Made by a program: the position numbers and the translations under genes
Part shown: positions 1-9,148 of the stretch, piece after piece
Layout of the letters: the number at the start of each line of letters is the position of its first letter
Numbering within the stretch: position 1 is the stretch's first letter
From: Dehalococcoidia bacterium
GTDB lineage: Bacteria; Chloroflexota; Dehalococcoidia; Bin125
NCBI GenBank assembly: GCA_963663235.2
Contig: CAXXNO010000012.1
Span: forward strand, 352,001 to 416,000
Direction of reading: 5' to 3'
DNA length: 64,000 bases
Notes under the pieces: generated by a model
Databases searched by the model: none
The model's input: the letters and a program-made list of their open reading frames with translations, nothing else
Told to the model about the DNA's origin: nothing

Positions 1-1
1 G

Positions 2-172
2 GCCGTGTACGCCTTTAACGCCGTCACCCGCGCAGCCGAGAGCGACGCCAGCGGCCGCCACGTCCCCGAGGCGCTCGCCGAACGGCTCGCCGAGCAGACC
101 TACACCGACGTGCTCCGATACTCGCTCGACGAGTGCTCCTGCTCCTGTCACCAGGACCATCCCGAAGAGTAG
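2..172 (+). CDS. 3' end of a hypothetical protein (truncated by window edge)
   Basis: Open frame AVYAFNAVTRAAES...DECSCSCHQDHPEE* with host-like codon usage, TAG at 170-172. Confidence 0.5.
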   Translation, partial: AVYAFNAVTRAAESDASGRHVPEALAERLAEQTYTDVLRYSLDECSCSCHQDHPEE

Positions 173-276
173 CCCCAGAGACCAGCCACAGCCCCGCCCC
201 CTCCCTCTGCTATCCTGGGCGCCGCGAGCGCGCCTTCACCAACGCCCGCCGCCTCCCGCTCAGGAAGGGACCGACC

Positions 277-921
277 ATGACCACCCAGCAATCCGTCGTC
301 ACGCCCGAGCGCTATGCCCAGGGCCGCACCTGGGACGAATACCTCGATTACGTCGGCACGCCCGAAAACCTCGCCCGCAACATGCCCAACGGCAAGCCGC
401 GCGACGACAACAGCGAGCGCATGCGCCGCAACGAGCGCGAGACCGCCCTCAAGCCCGAGCACGTCCAGGCCCTCCGCGCCCTCCCCAAACTTAGAGTCCT
501 CGCCCTGGGCGAGGACTGGTGCCCCGATGTCTTTCGCGGCATGCCGGTCGTCGCCAAGCTCTGCGAAGCCGCCGGCTGGGAGCTCCGCATCTTCCCGCGC
601 GACGACAACAACGGCGACATCATGGCCGAGTTCCTCAACAAGAAAGACGGTAACGAGTACCAGTCCATCCCCGTCATCGTCCTCTACACCCAGGACCTCG
701 GCTACATCGGCCACTGGATCGAGCGGCCCGCCATCGCCAACGACTATTACGAGCGCCTGCAAAAGACCTTCACCCGACGCGAGGACGAGTCCGAGGACCA
801 GATGAAGGCCCGCATCCGCCAGGCCTACAGCGCCATCCAGACCTCCGACGACTGGGCCGACTGGCGCCACGAGTCCGTCCGCGAAATCCTGGCCATCGCC
901 AAGCAAGCGCCCGGCGCCTAG
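277..921 (+). CDS. Thioredoxin-fold protein (Thioredoxin_9-like, monothiol)
   Basis: ATG 277 after GGAAGGGA; motifs LGEDWCPDV and YQSIPVIV. Confidence 0.8.
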   Translation: MTTQQSVVTPERYAQGRTWDEYLDYVGTPENLARNMPNGKPRDDNSERMRRNERETALKPEHVQALRALPKLRVLALGEDWCPDVFRGMPVVAKLCEAAGWELRIFPRDDNNGDIMAEFLNKKDGNEYQSIPVIVLYTQDLGYIGHWIERPAIANDYYERLQKTFTRREDESEDQMKARIRQAYSAIQTSDDWADWRHESVREILAIAKQAPGA

Positions 922-934
922 CCAGACCCGGCCC

Positions 935-2323
935 ATGATCTTCGACTGCGTCGTCCGCGGTGGCCTCGTCGCCACCGCGAGCGAGGCCTTCCCCGCCGAC
1001 GTCGGCATCCGCGACGGCGTCATCACCGCCATCGGCTCCGGCCTCCCGCCCGCCGATCACGAAATCGACGCCGCCAACCACGTCGTCGTCCCCGGCGCAA
1101 TCGACGTGCACACCCACGTCGCCCAGACCTACGACTGGGTCGACGCCGACATATCCGACGACTACGAGAGCGGCACCCGCGCCGCCGCCGCCGCCGGCAT
1201 CACCACCATCCTCAACTTCGCCTTCCAGGAAAAAGGCCAACCGCTCCGCGCCGCCGTCGACGCCGAGCTCCAGAAGGCGGAGGGCCGCGCCCACGTCGAC
1301 TTCGGCCTCCACATCGTCGTCACCGATCTCAGCGTTCCCGGCGTCCTCGACGAGCTCGCCCCCCTGGCCGCCGACGGCGTCGCCAGCGTCAAGATCTTCA
1401 CCGTCACAACCTCCATCGGCCTCAACGACGCCGACACCCTGCGCGTCCTCCAGGCCTGCGCCGGCCTCGGCCTCCTCGTCAGCGTCCACGCCGAAGACGA
1501 AGCGCTCATCGCTCACCTCACCGACCGCCTCCTCGCCGGCGGCCGCACCACGGTCGACAACTTCCCCCACTCCCGCCCGCCGATCACGGAAGCGCTCGCC
1601 ACTGCGCGCGTCGCCGCCTACGCCCGCACGCTCGACTGCCCCGTCTACTTCGTGCACCTCTCCTCGCGCGCCGCCCTCGACGCCGTCCGCGACGCCCGAT
1701 CGCACGGCGCCACGATCTACGTCGAGACCCGCCCCACCTACCTCTACCTCGATGAGAGCCGCTACGCCCTACCCGACGGCGAGGGCGGCAAGTACGTCTG
1801 CCTGCCCCCGCTCCGCTCCCTCGACGACCAGCAGGCGCTCTGGGACGGCCTCCGCAACGGCGAGATCCAGACCTACGCCACCGACCACTCGCCCTGGCCC
1901 GCCGCGCTCAAGACCGACACGGCCAAGCCCTTCACCGAGATCCCCGCCGGCATCGCCAACCTCGGGACCTCCATCGGCATGCTCTACGCCGAAGGCGTCG
2001 CCAAGGGCCGCATCTCGCTGGGCCGTTTCGTCGACCTCACCGCCACCAACCCGGCGAAACTGTTCGGCCTCTGGCCGCGCAAGGGCGCGATCGCCGTCGG
2101 CGCCGACGCCGACCTCGTCCTCATCGACCCCAACCGCCGCCACCGCCCCACCGCCGCAGGCATGCAGTCCCGCGTCGACTACGAGCCCTACGAAGGCTTC
2201 GACTGCCTCGGCTGGCCCGTGCTCACCCTCTCCCGCGGCGACGTCGTCTACCAAGACGGCGCAATCCGCAGCGCCCCCGGCCGCGGCCGCTTCCTCCCCC
2301 GCACCCCCCACCAGCCCTTGTAG
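935..2323 (+). CDS. hydA: Dihydropyrimidinase / D-hydantoinase family amidohydrolase
   Basis: PGAIDVHTH, SVHAED, VYFVHLS, ATDHSP, NPAKLFGL, GADADLV motifs. Confidence 0.85.
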   Translation: MIFDCVVRGGLVATASEAFPADVGIRDGVITAIGSGLPPADHEIDAANHVVVPGAIDVHTHVAQTYDWVDADISDDYESGTRAAAAAGITTILNFAFQEKGQPLRAAVDAELQKAEGRAHVDFGLHIVVTDLSVPGVLDELAPLAADGVASVKIFTVTTSIGLNDADTLRVLQACAGLGLLVSVHAEDEALIAHLTDRLLAGGRTTVDNFPHSRPPITEALATARVAAYARTLDCPVYFVHLSSRAALDAVRDARSHGATIYVETRPTYLYLDESRYALPDGEGGKYVCLPPLRSLDDQQALWDGLRNGEIQTYATDHSPWPAALKTDTAKPFTEIPAGIANLGTSIGMLYAEGVAKGRISLGRFVDLTATNPAKLFGLWPRKGAIAVGADADLVLIDPNRRHRPTAAGMQSRVDYEPYEGFDCLGWPVLTLSRGDVVYQDGAIRSAPGRGRFLPRTPHQPL

Positions 2324-2408
2324 CTCGCGGCGAGACTATATCCCTCCACCCCAAGCGCGACTCTTCGGACATCTCGCTTGATACCATCGTCCGAGAAGTC
2401 AGGGTGGC

Positions 2409-5174
2409 ATGAGTCCAGTTGCCGAGATTCTTGGAGCCGCGGCGGTTCGATTCGCCGTCACGCTTGCGGCTCGTCGCTTCCGCGACTACCGGAAGCGTAG
2501 ACAGTTGAAGCGCGCGTATCTGCGCGCGGCAGAAGCAACAATCACCCACTGCGAAACTGTCGGACATCCGCCACGCTCGCCCGTCTGGAACGCCGTCTCA
2601 AGCCTGCTCGGAACCGTCGACAACGCGGAGACGATCGCCAGTTGGTACGCGAACCACGCAATCAATCCTCGCGAGGCCGCCACTCTCACCGCAAGCGATC
2701 CGAATGTCGCGCAACTCCTCCAGTATTTCCTCGTCCTGCTCAACCAGCAGCGGCACAAACTGCTCTCGCTCGACCATCAGATCCTCGCCGACCTCATCAC
2801 GACGCGGACCGGCGCGCAGATCACAGAATCCACGAGCACCATCCTTGATGCCATACGCGGGCACGACCCAGCCGCACAGGCGGTGCCCCGCGTAGATCCC
2901 CTGCCCGTCGACGACTACTACACGGTGGAGCGACCCGAGCTCACCGCCATCAAGGAGGCCCTAGCCACCCACCGGATTGCCAAGATCGCCGGACCACCGG
3001 GGGTTGGTAAGAGCACGGTCGCCGTGCACGTCGCGCGCTCGGATTACAGCGGACGCACGCTCTACCTGTCGCTCGACTCCGGCACGTCCGAGAGCCGGCA
3101 AATTAACCTCGCCGGCCAACTACGGGTCGATCCCGGCGAATCACTTCAATCGGCCCTGGCCCACTACGATGGCCTTCTTTTCCTCGACAACATCGAGGAG
3201 CGCGACCGGCCCGAGATCGAACGGCTAATCCCGCGCGGTGGCCCTTGCGTCACCGTCCTTACCGCGCGCGACCAGACCCTGCTGACCTCTCTTCCCGGCG
3301 GCGAATGCAGCCGTCTGGGCGACTTCACCCTCCGGCAAGCACAGGACTGTTTCCGCCACCATCTCTCAGAGCGCTACACAACCATGCAGGACCACGTCGG
3401 AGAAATCATCAGCCTGCTCGGACACCTACCCCTCGCCGTCGACGTCGCCGCGCGCACCCTGAGCGCACGTCCTGAGCTAAGCGCAGCGGATTGGATAGCT
3501 CGTTACGGCCACGATCCCGCCACCATCGCTCAGGATGAAGTGCCTTACGACGCGACGCTTTCCGACGAGGAGATCCGCGCCCACCGAATCGTCGGCCGCA
3601 TCGTCCTCATCGGTTTCGACGGCCTGCCACGTGAAGCGCGCTTGCTACTCGAGGCTCTTACCACCTTTCCCATCGACGACGGTGGGCCGGATCTCCTGAT
3701 CGCACTCACCGCCGCAGTCGATCCCGACGCATCCCGCGATCACTTGCTCCGTCTCCATGAACGCGGCCTCGCGCTGCGAACCGCTCCCTCGGTGATTGGC
3801 GGACACCGTTTCCGCCTGCACCGTCTCACTCGCGCGGCCCTGCAACGGGCGATGCCGGAACCGGATCGCAGCAGCCTCGAGGAACGCCTCATTGCCGTTT
3901 ATGTGGCCTTCGCTGCTTCCTTGGCCTTCTTCGACCCTCCCTCTGCCGGCCATCCCGCAGCAATGGAGGAACGCGCTGCCCTGCAGGAAATCGCGCAGCG
4001 TCTCCTGCAAGCCGGTCGCCCAGAATTGCGCACCTTCACCGCGGCGATCGCCCAGTTCGCGCTGAACACCAATTGGCCAGCCGACCTCCAACGCTCGCTC
4101 TTGGACCGTCAGCTAGACCTACAACGTGAAGCCTCCAACCACCTCGGCGAGGCCAACACCCGCAGAAGCCTCGGCGACCTCGCCCTCCATCAGCAAACGC
4201 TCCCCGACGCCCACGCTCACCACACCGCCGCCCTCACCCTCTATAAAGAGATCGGCGACCGCCTCGGCGAGGCCGAACTCTCGTAAGACCTCCAAGCCTC
4301 GGCGACCTCGCCCTCCGTCAAGACGCCCTCCCCGATGCCCACGCCCACTACACCGCCGCCCTCACCCTCTATAAAGAGATCGGCGACCGCCTCGGCGAGG
4401 CCGCGAGCCTCGGCGCCTCGCCCAACGTCAGGACGCCCTCCCCGAGGCCCACGCCCACTACACCACCGCCCTCACCCTCAGATCGGCGAGCGCCTCGGCG
4501 AGGCCCACGCCCGCAGAGGCCTCGGCGACCTCGCCCGACGTCAGGACGCCCTCCCCGAGGCCCGCGCCCACTACACCGCCGCCCTCACCCTCGCCGAGGC
4601 GATCGGCGAGCGCCTCGGCGAGGCCAACATCCGCAGAGGCCTCGGCGACCTCGCCCTCCGTCAGCAAACCCTCCCCGACGCCCACGCCAACTACACCGCC
4701 GCCCTCACCCTCTATGAGGAGGTCGGCGAGCGCCTCGGTGAAGCCCACACTCTGCTTGGCCTCGCTCGGCATGACTCCATAGCGGGCAAGGTAGACGCAG
4801 AGGGCGGCTTCCGTGCTTCACTGCGAGGACTAATGGATGTCGACGACGCACTCGGCCTCCGGGCAGCCTGGGGCTACTTCGCCGAACACTGTCTGAGAAA
4901 GAACCAACCGCAGGCCGCCCTCCTCGCCTGCGAAGCGAGTCTGCAGGCCCTCCCCGAAAGCGCTGATAGCCATGGCTACGCTATGTCGCTACGCATGCAG
5001 TGCGACGCCTTTGCCCAACTCCAGGAGATCTCCGCGTTCCTCGCCACCACCGAATTGATCGAGGACCGGAACTCGCTAGGGCATCGTCCCAGTGTCTCTG
5101 ATCTCCTCACGAACTCCAAATTGACGCCGGATCAACGGGAAGAGATGCTCGAACTCCTTTCCCAGGCCCAATAG
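2409..5174 (+). pseudogene. NB-ARC (STAND) NTPase with C-terminal TPR array, split by stop/frameshifts at ~4280-4480
   Basis: Walker A GPPGVGKS, Walker B LLFLDNIE, GHLPLAV, FRLHRL in 2409-4286; TPR units LGEAxxRRGLGDLA resume in a second frame to 5174. Confidence 0.75.
4141..4770 (+). repeat. Tandem ~120-bp TPR-coding repeats (about 5.3 copies; copies 2-3 carry indels)
   Basis: Recurring CCTCGGCGAGGCC...CCTCGGCGACCTCGCC...CCCTCACCCTC...TCGGCGA units at ~4141, 4261, 4389, 4492, 4612, 4732. Confidence 0.85.
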
Positions 5175-5204
5175 ATAGAGGGCGCGCTGCCGCGCGCCCT
5201 CTAT
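5175..5204. terminator. 13-bp perfect hairpin right after the NLR stop (possible terminator)
   Basis: ATAGAGGGCGCGC-TGCC-GCGCGCCCTCTAT; no clear U-tract on the + strand. Confidence 0.45.
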
Positions 5205-5335
5205 AAAACTAGGGAAGCATTGCCGGACTTCGAGCAGCGCTTCCTTGCCGGCGATCTTGACCTTCCGCCTGGCGACTAGCTTCGCCCTACCTCTCCACGC
5301 TCCTCTTCCACCCCCTCTTACTCCGCCTTTCGCGA

Positions 5336-5364
5336 TTGACAACCCGCGCTTCGCGTGTCACACT
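5336..5364 (+). promoter_or_regulatory. Sigma70-type promoter upstream of terminase genes
   Basis: TTGACA (5336-5341), N17, then CACACT (5359-5364) preceded by TG (extended -10). Confidence 0.6.
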
Positions 5365-5371
5365 GGACCCC

Positions 5372-6082
5372 TTGGACAGAGCGCATGTTCTCACAGATGG
5401 CCTGCCCGACAAACGCCCCGGCTCCCCTTCGCCCAGCGGAAGAGCCCGTGGTGAGATTGTCGAACCCGCCCGGCCCGTCCTTCGCGGAGCGGAAGGACCC
5501 GACCCGGCCATCGCCGTCCGCCTCGATCAGGTCGAGTCCCTCCACCACCGCGGCTGGAGTCACCGCCGCATCGCCGCCGACCTCGCCGTCTCCGAGCGCA
5601 CCGTCCGCCGCGACCTCCGCCGCCTCGAGGCCCTCTGGCTGGACCGCCTCGCCCAACGCGTCGCCCACGAGCGCGCCCACTCCATCGGCGTCTACCGCGA
5701 GGTCCAGTCCCTCATGTGGAAGGTGATCGACCGTATGTCCGACGCCGACGACCACAAGTCCATCGCCGCCGCCGCCCGCACCATCGTCGCCGCCGCCCGC
5801 GACGGCAAATCCTCCGTCCGCGACCTCTTCGCGGAGTTCACCGACGCCGAGCTCGACGGCACCGACGACCCCTTCGCTGCTCTCGCCCAGGGCGACGAAA
5901 ACTCCCCCTCCCACGCCGCCCTCGACTTCGACGACGATCCGGACAGCGAAGAGCCCGTCCTGAGCGAAGCCCGCACTGAGCTAAGTCGAAGGGTCGAAGG
6001 GCCTGAAACCCCTGCAGATCCCGACGCTTTCAGCGATCCCGACCCTGTCCGCACCCCTGACCGCTCCCCGTCCCAAGCGTGA
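5372..6082 (+). CDS. HTH protein, probable terminase small subunit (start uncertain)
   Basis: HTH WSHRRIAADLAVSERTVRRDL; GTGA overlap with terL; the ORF-track start at 5336 is probably the -35 box. Confidence 0.65.
   Translation: MDRAHVLTDGLPDKRPGSPSPSGRARGEIVEPARPVLRGAEGPDPAIAVRLDQVESLHHRGWSHRRIAADLAVSERTVRRDLRRLEALWLDRLAQRVAHERAHSIGVYREVQSLMWKVIDRMSDADDHKSIAAAARTIVAAARDGKSSVRDLFAEFTDAELDGTDDPFAALAQGDENSPSHAALDFDDDPDSEEPVLSEARTELSRRVEGPETPADPDAFSDPDPVRTPDRSPSQA
5378..5391. promoter_or_regulatory. Putative LexA (SOS) box
   Basis: AGAGC-GCAT-GTTCT, one mismatch to AGAAC-N4-GTTCT, just downstream of the promoter. Confidence 0.55.
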
Positions 6083-7461
6083 CCATCCCTGTCCAATCCG
6101 GTCCGGCCGGACAGCGCCCCCACCGCCTCATCCTCGCCCGCCGCTGGCGCCGCGACCCCGTCGCCTTCGCCCGAGAGGCGCTCGATGTGGATCTCTGGGA
6201 CACCCAGCAGGCCATCGCCCGCGCCGTCCGCGACCATCCCCGCGTCGCCTGTCGCTCCTGCCACGCCGCCGGCAAGACCTTCCTCGCCGCCGCCGTCGTG
6301 CTCTGGTTCCTCTACACCCGCCCCGGCGCCCAGGTGCTCACCACCGCCTCCACCTTCCGCCAGGTCCGCTACGTCCTCTGGCGCACCATCCAAAAGCTCT
6401 TCCACGGTGCCAAGAGCCACCTCCAGGGCGATCTCTTCGAAACCGAACTCCGCCTCGGCCCCAACTGGTACGCCCTCGGCCTCAGCACAGACAACCCCGA
6501 GCGCTTCCAGGGCTTCCACGCCCCCCACGTCCTGGTCCTGGTCGATGAGCCCGGCGCCGTCCCGCCACCCGTCTTTGCCGCCATCGAAGGCGTCCTCGCC
6601 TCCGGCTACACCCGCCTGCTGATGATCGGCAACCCCACCCAATCCAGCGGCCCCTTCTACGACGCCTTCCACAACGATGCCGCCGAGTACCGCACCTTCT
6701 GCATCAGCGCCTTCGACACCCCCAACCTGCGCGAGGGCCACACCGTCCGCCCCTACCTCGTCGCCCCCGATTGGGTCGACCAACGTCGCCGCCTCTGGGG
6801 CGAAGATTCCGACCTCTACCGCTCCCGCGTCCTCGCCGAGTTCCCCCGCGCCGCCGCCGGCCAACTCTTCTCCCTCGCCCTCCTCGACGCCGCCCTCGTC
6901 GACGCCCCACCCGGCATGAGCCGGGTGGCACTAGGAATTGACGTCGCCCGCTTCGGCTCCGACGCCACCGCCCTAAGCCGCATCGAAGACGGCGGCCTCC
7001 GCCACCAGCAGCTCCTCCACGGCCTCGACACCATGGCGGTCACCGGCCATGTCGCCGCCGCCCTCGCGCAGCGGCCCGACCTCCTCCTCGCCGTCGACGA
7101 CACCGGGGTCGGCGGCGGCGTCACCGACCGCCTGCGCGAGCAGGGCTGGGAGCCGCTCGCCGTCAACTTCGGCGCCGCGGCCTCCGAGCGGGCCTACTAC
7201 GCCAACCGCGGCAGCGAGATCTACGCCCGCCTGGCCGCCGCCCTGCGCGACGGCCGCCTCGCCATCGACGCCGCCCTCCCCACCCGCGACACCCTCTTCG
7301 GCCAGCTCGCCCAGGTGCGCGTCGAATACCGCAGCGACGGCCGGCAGCGCGTGCGCAAGCGCGGCCCCGCCGACGCGCAGCCCAGCCCAGACCTCGCCGA
7401 CTCACTGGCCCTCGCTTGGGCCGCCTACGAAGAAGGCACGCAAGGAGCAGGAGTATGGTGA
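6079..7461 (+). CDS. Phage terminase large subunit
   Basis: Walker A CHAAGKT, Walker B VLVDEP, motif III IGNP, nuclease GIDVARFGSD and SPDLADSLALA. Confidence 0.92.
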   Translation: MTIPVQSGPAGQRPHRLILARRWRRDPVAFAREALDVDLWDTQQAIARAVRDHPRVACRSCHAAGKTFLAAAVVLWFLYTRPGAQVLTTASTFRQVRYVLWRTIQKLFHGAKSHLQGDLFETELRLGPNWYALGLSTDNPERFQGFHAPHVLVLVDEPGAVPPPVFAAIEGVLASGYTRLLMIGNPTQSSGPFYDAFHNDAAEYRTFCISAFDTPNLREGHTVRPYLVAPDWVDQRRRLWGEDSDLYRSRVLAEFPRAAAGQLFSLALLDAALVDAPPGMSRVALGIDVARFGSDATALSRIEDGGLRHQQLLHGLDTMAVTGHVAAALAQRPDLLLAVDDTGVGGGVTDRLREQGWEPLAVNFGAAASERAYYANRGSEIYARLAAALRDGRLAIDAALPTRDTLFGQLAQVRVEYRSDGRQRVRKRGPADAQPSPDLADSLALAWAAYEEGTQGAGVW

Positions 7462-7730
7462 CCGATCACACCGCCGCCACTTCCGTTCGTCCTGAGCCTG
7501 TCGAAGGGCGAACCATCACCCCACCCGCGCAGCCCCTCGACCGCCCCATCTGCCCCCGCTGCCGCAAGCCCGCCGGCCTCCTGCTCGAGCGGCCCGCCCC
7601 CGCCGACTACAACCCGGTATTTCGCTGTAATGGGCGACGAGGCGGATGTGGATACCTCTGGAGTCCGAAGCAGGTCCCGCACCATCCACCCCGCGTCTCC
7701 GGGCGCGGCCCCGCAACCGCGGACGGCTAA
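7455..7730 (+). CDS. Small zinc-ribbon protein
   Basis: ATG overlapping the terL end after AGGAG; CPRC-x21-C-x6-CGYLW. Confidence 0.6.
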   Translation: MVTDHTAATSVRPEPVEGRTITPPAQPLDRPICPRCRKPAGLLLERPAPADYNPVFRCNGRRGGCGYLWSPKQVPHHPPRVSGRGPATADG

Positions 7731-7760
7731 CGGGCAGCGCCGCGATCTGCGAAGAGAAAC

Positions 7761-8930
7761 CTAGGCGTGGGCGCTCTCCGCCGTCGGCGCCTCTACCAGT
7801 CGCAGCAACTCCCGCGCCACGTACAACCGCGGCCAAGAGTCCGGCACCGTCTCGACGATCCCCGCATCCACCAGCCGCTCCAAGATCCGGCGGGCCCCGG
7901 CGTTGCTCAGCCCCAGCCGCGACGCCGTCCCCGGCGCCGATGCGAACGGCCGCACGAACAATTCGTCCAGCAACTGCATCGCGTTCGCCGACTCCCGACG
8001 CTCCTGCAGCCGTTCACGATACCGCTCGTACACCTCCCGCACCCCGCGCGACCGCGCCAGCGCGTCCTTCGCCTGCTCGGCCACGCCCTCAAGGAAGAAG
8101 CGCAGCCACGGCGTCCAGTCGCCCGTCGCGCTCACGCTGAGCAGATGGTCGTAGTACGCCTGCCGCCGCCGCTCGAAGTACGCGCTGAGGTACAGCAACG
8201 GTGTCGTCAAGACCCCCTTCGCGATCAAGTACAGCGTGATCAATGCTCGCCCGATGCGACCGTTGCCGTCCTCGAACGGATGGATCGCCTCGAACTGGTA
8301 GTGCATCAGCGCGCACGCCACCAGCGGCGGCAGCCGCTCCGCCTCGTTCACAAAACGTTCCCAGTCGCTCATCAACGCTGGCAACTCCGTGTGTGGCGCC
8401 GGCACGAACCGCGCATTTTGGATCGGCGTCCCCTCGGGCGCGATCCACACCTGATGGGGCCGCCATTCGCCCGGCCTTTTCTCCTCCCCACGCACGCCCC
8501 GCAGCAACTCCGCGTGCATCTCGCGCACCAGCCGGTTGCAGATCGGCAGGCTCTCCAGCAACTCCTGACCCCGCTCGACCGCCCGCACGTAGTTCGCCAC
8601 CTCCCGCGCGTCACCCTGATCCTTCCGCTCCCCCGACGCCTCAAACAGATACAGGTCGGACAGCGACGCCTGCGTCCCCTCGATCCGCGACGACAGCACC
8701 GCCTCCCGGTGCAGGAACGGCCGGATGAGCAGGTGCGGGTTCACCAGCGTCTCCCCTACCCCCGACAGCATCGCCACCGCCCGCGACGCCTCGTCCAGCG
8801 GCAGGATCAATTCGCGGTCGATCTCCAGATCCTGGGGGAGAGGGGCCGGCACGAAAGCCTGCTGCCCCTCGACCGTCGGGACCAACCGTCCAACAGGGCT
8901 ATCTCGGAATTGCGCAGCGTCCACGGTCAA
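7761..8930 (-). CDS. Fic family protein (class II-like, C-terminal HTH)
   Basis: HPFEDGNGRIGR catalytic motif; SSRIEG inhibitory motif. Confidence 0.92.
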   Translation of the reverse strand: MTVDAAQFRDSPVGRLVPTVEGQQAFVPAPLPQDLEIDRELILPLDEASRAVAMLSGVGETLVNPHLLIRPFLHREAVLSSRIEGTQASLSDLYLFEASGERKDQGDAREVANYVRAVERGQELLESLPICNRLVREMHAELLRGVRGEEKRPGEWRPHQVWIAPEGTPIQNARFVPAPHTELPALMSDWERFVNEAERLPPLVACALMHYQFEAIHPFEDGNGRIGRALITLYLIAKGVLTTPLLYLSAYFERRRQAYYDHLLSVSATGDWTPWLRFFLEGVAEQAKDALARSRGVREVYERYRERLQERRESANAMQLLDELFVRPFASAPGTASRLGLSNAGARRILERLVDAGIVETVPDSWPRLYVARELLRLVEAPTAESAHA

Positions 8931-9045
8931 CTCGAAACGCCAGTTTTACTTTCCCGCCAATTAGAAACTATCACGCAAACTAGTATCAACTATCAACGCT
9001 CTGGAAACCCGCGTATCACTCTGCCGCCCGCTCCCGCCCCTCCCC

Positions 9046-9075
9046 TTGACATCAGACACGCTTTACGCGTACTCT
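9046..9075 (+). promoter_or_regulatory. Sigma70-type promoter upstream of portal
   Basis: TTGACA (9046-9051), N18, TACTCT (9070-9075). Confidence 0.65.
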
Positions 9076-9081
9076 AGTTCT
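9068..9081. promoter_or_regulatory. Putative LexA (SOS) box overlapping the -10 element
   Basis: CGTAC-TCTA-GTTCT; core GTAC-N4-GTTC is one mismatch from GAAC-N4-GTTC. Confidence 0.5.
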
Positions 9082-9148
9082 AGTTTCAGGGACTCACCCC
9101 GACCAACGACCACGCACTGACGGAATTCTGCGGGACTGACCCCTCGGG

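Noticed and set aside
4141-4770. TPR repeats or the 15.8-kb duplication as a DGR template/variable pair
   Set aside because: Differences are not confined to adenines and no reverse transcriptase is present in the window
7483-7512. GTTC...GAAC in family-A hairpins as LexA boxes
   Set aside because: The half-sites are in reverse order with the wrong spacing; they are the stem of the repeat
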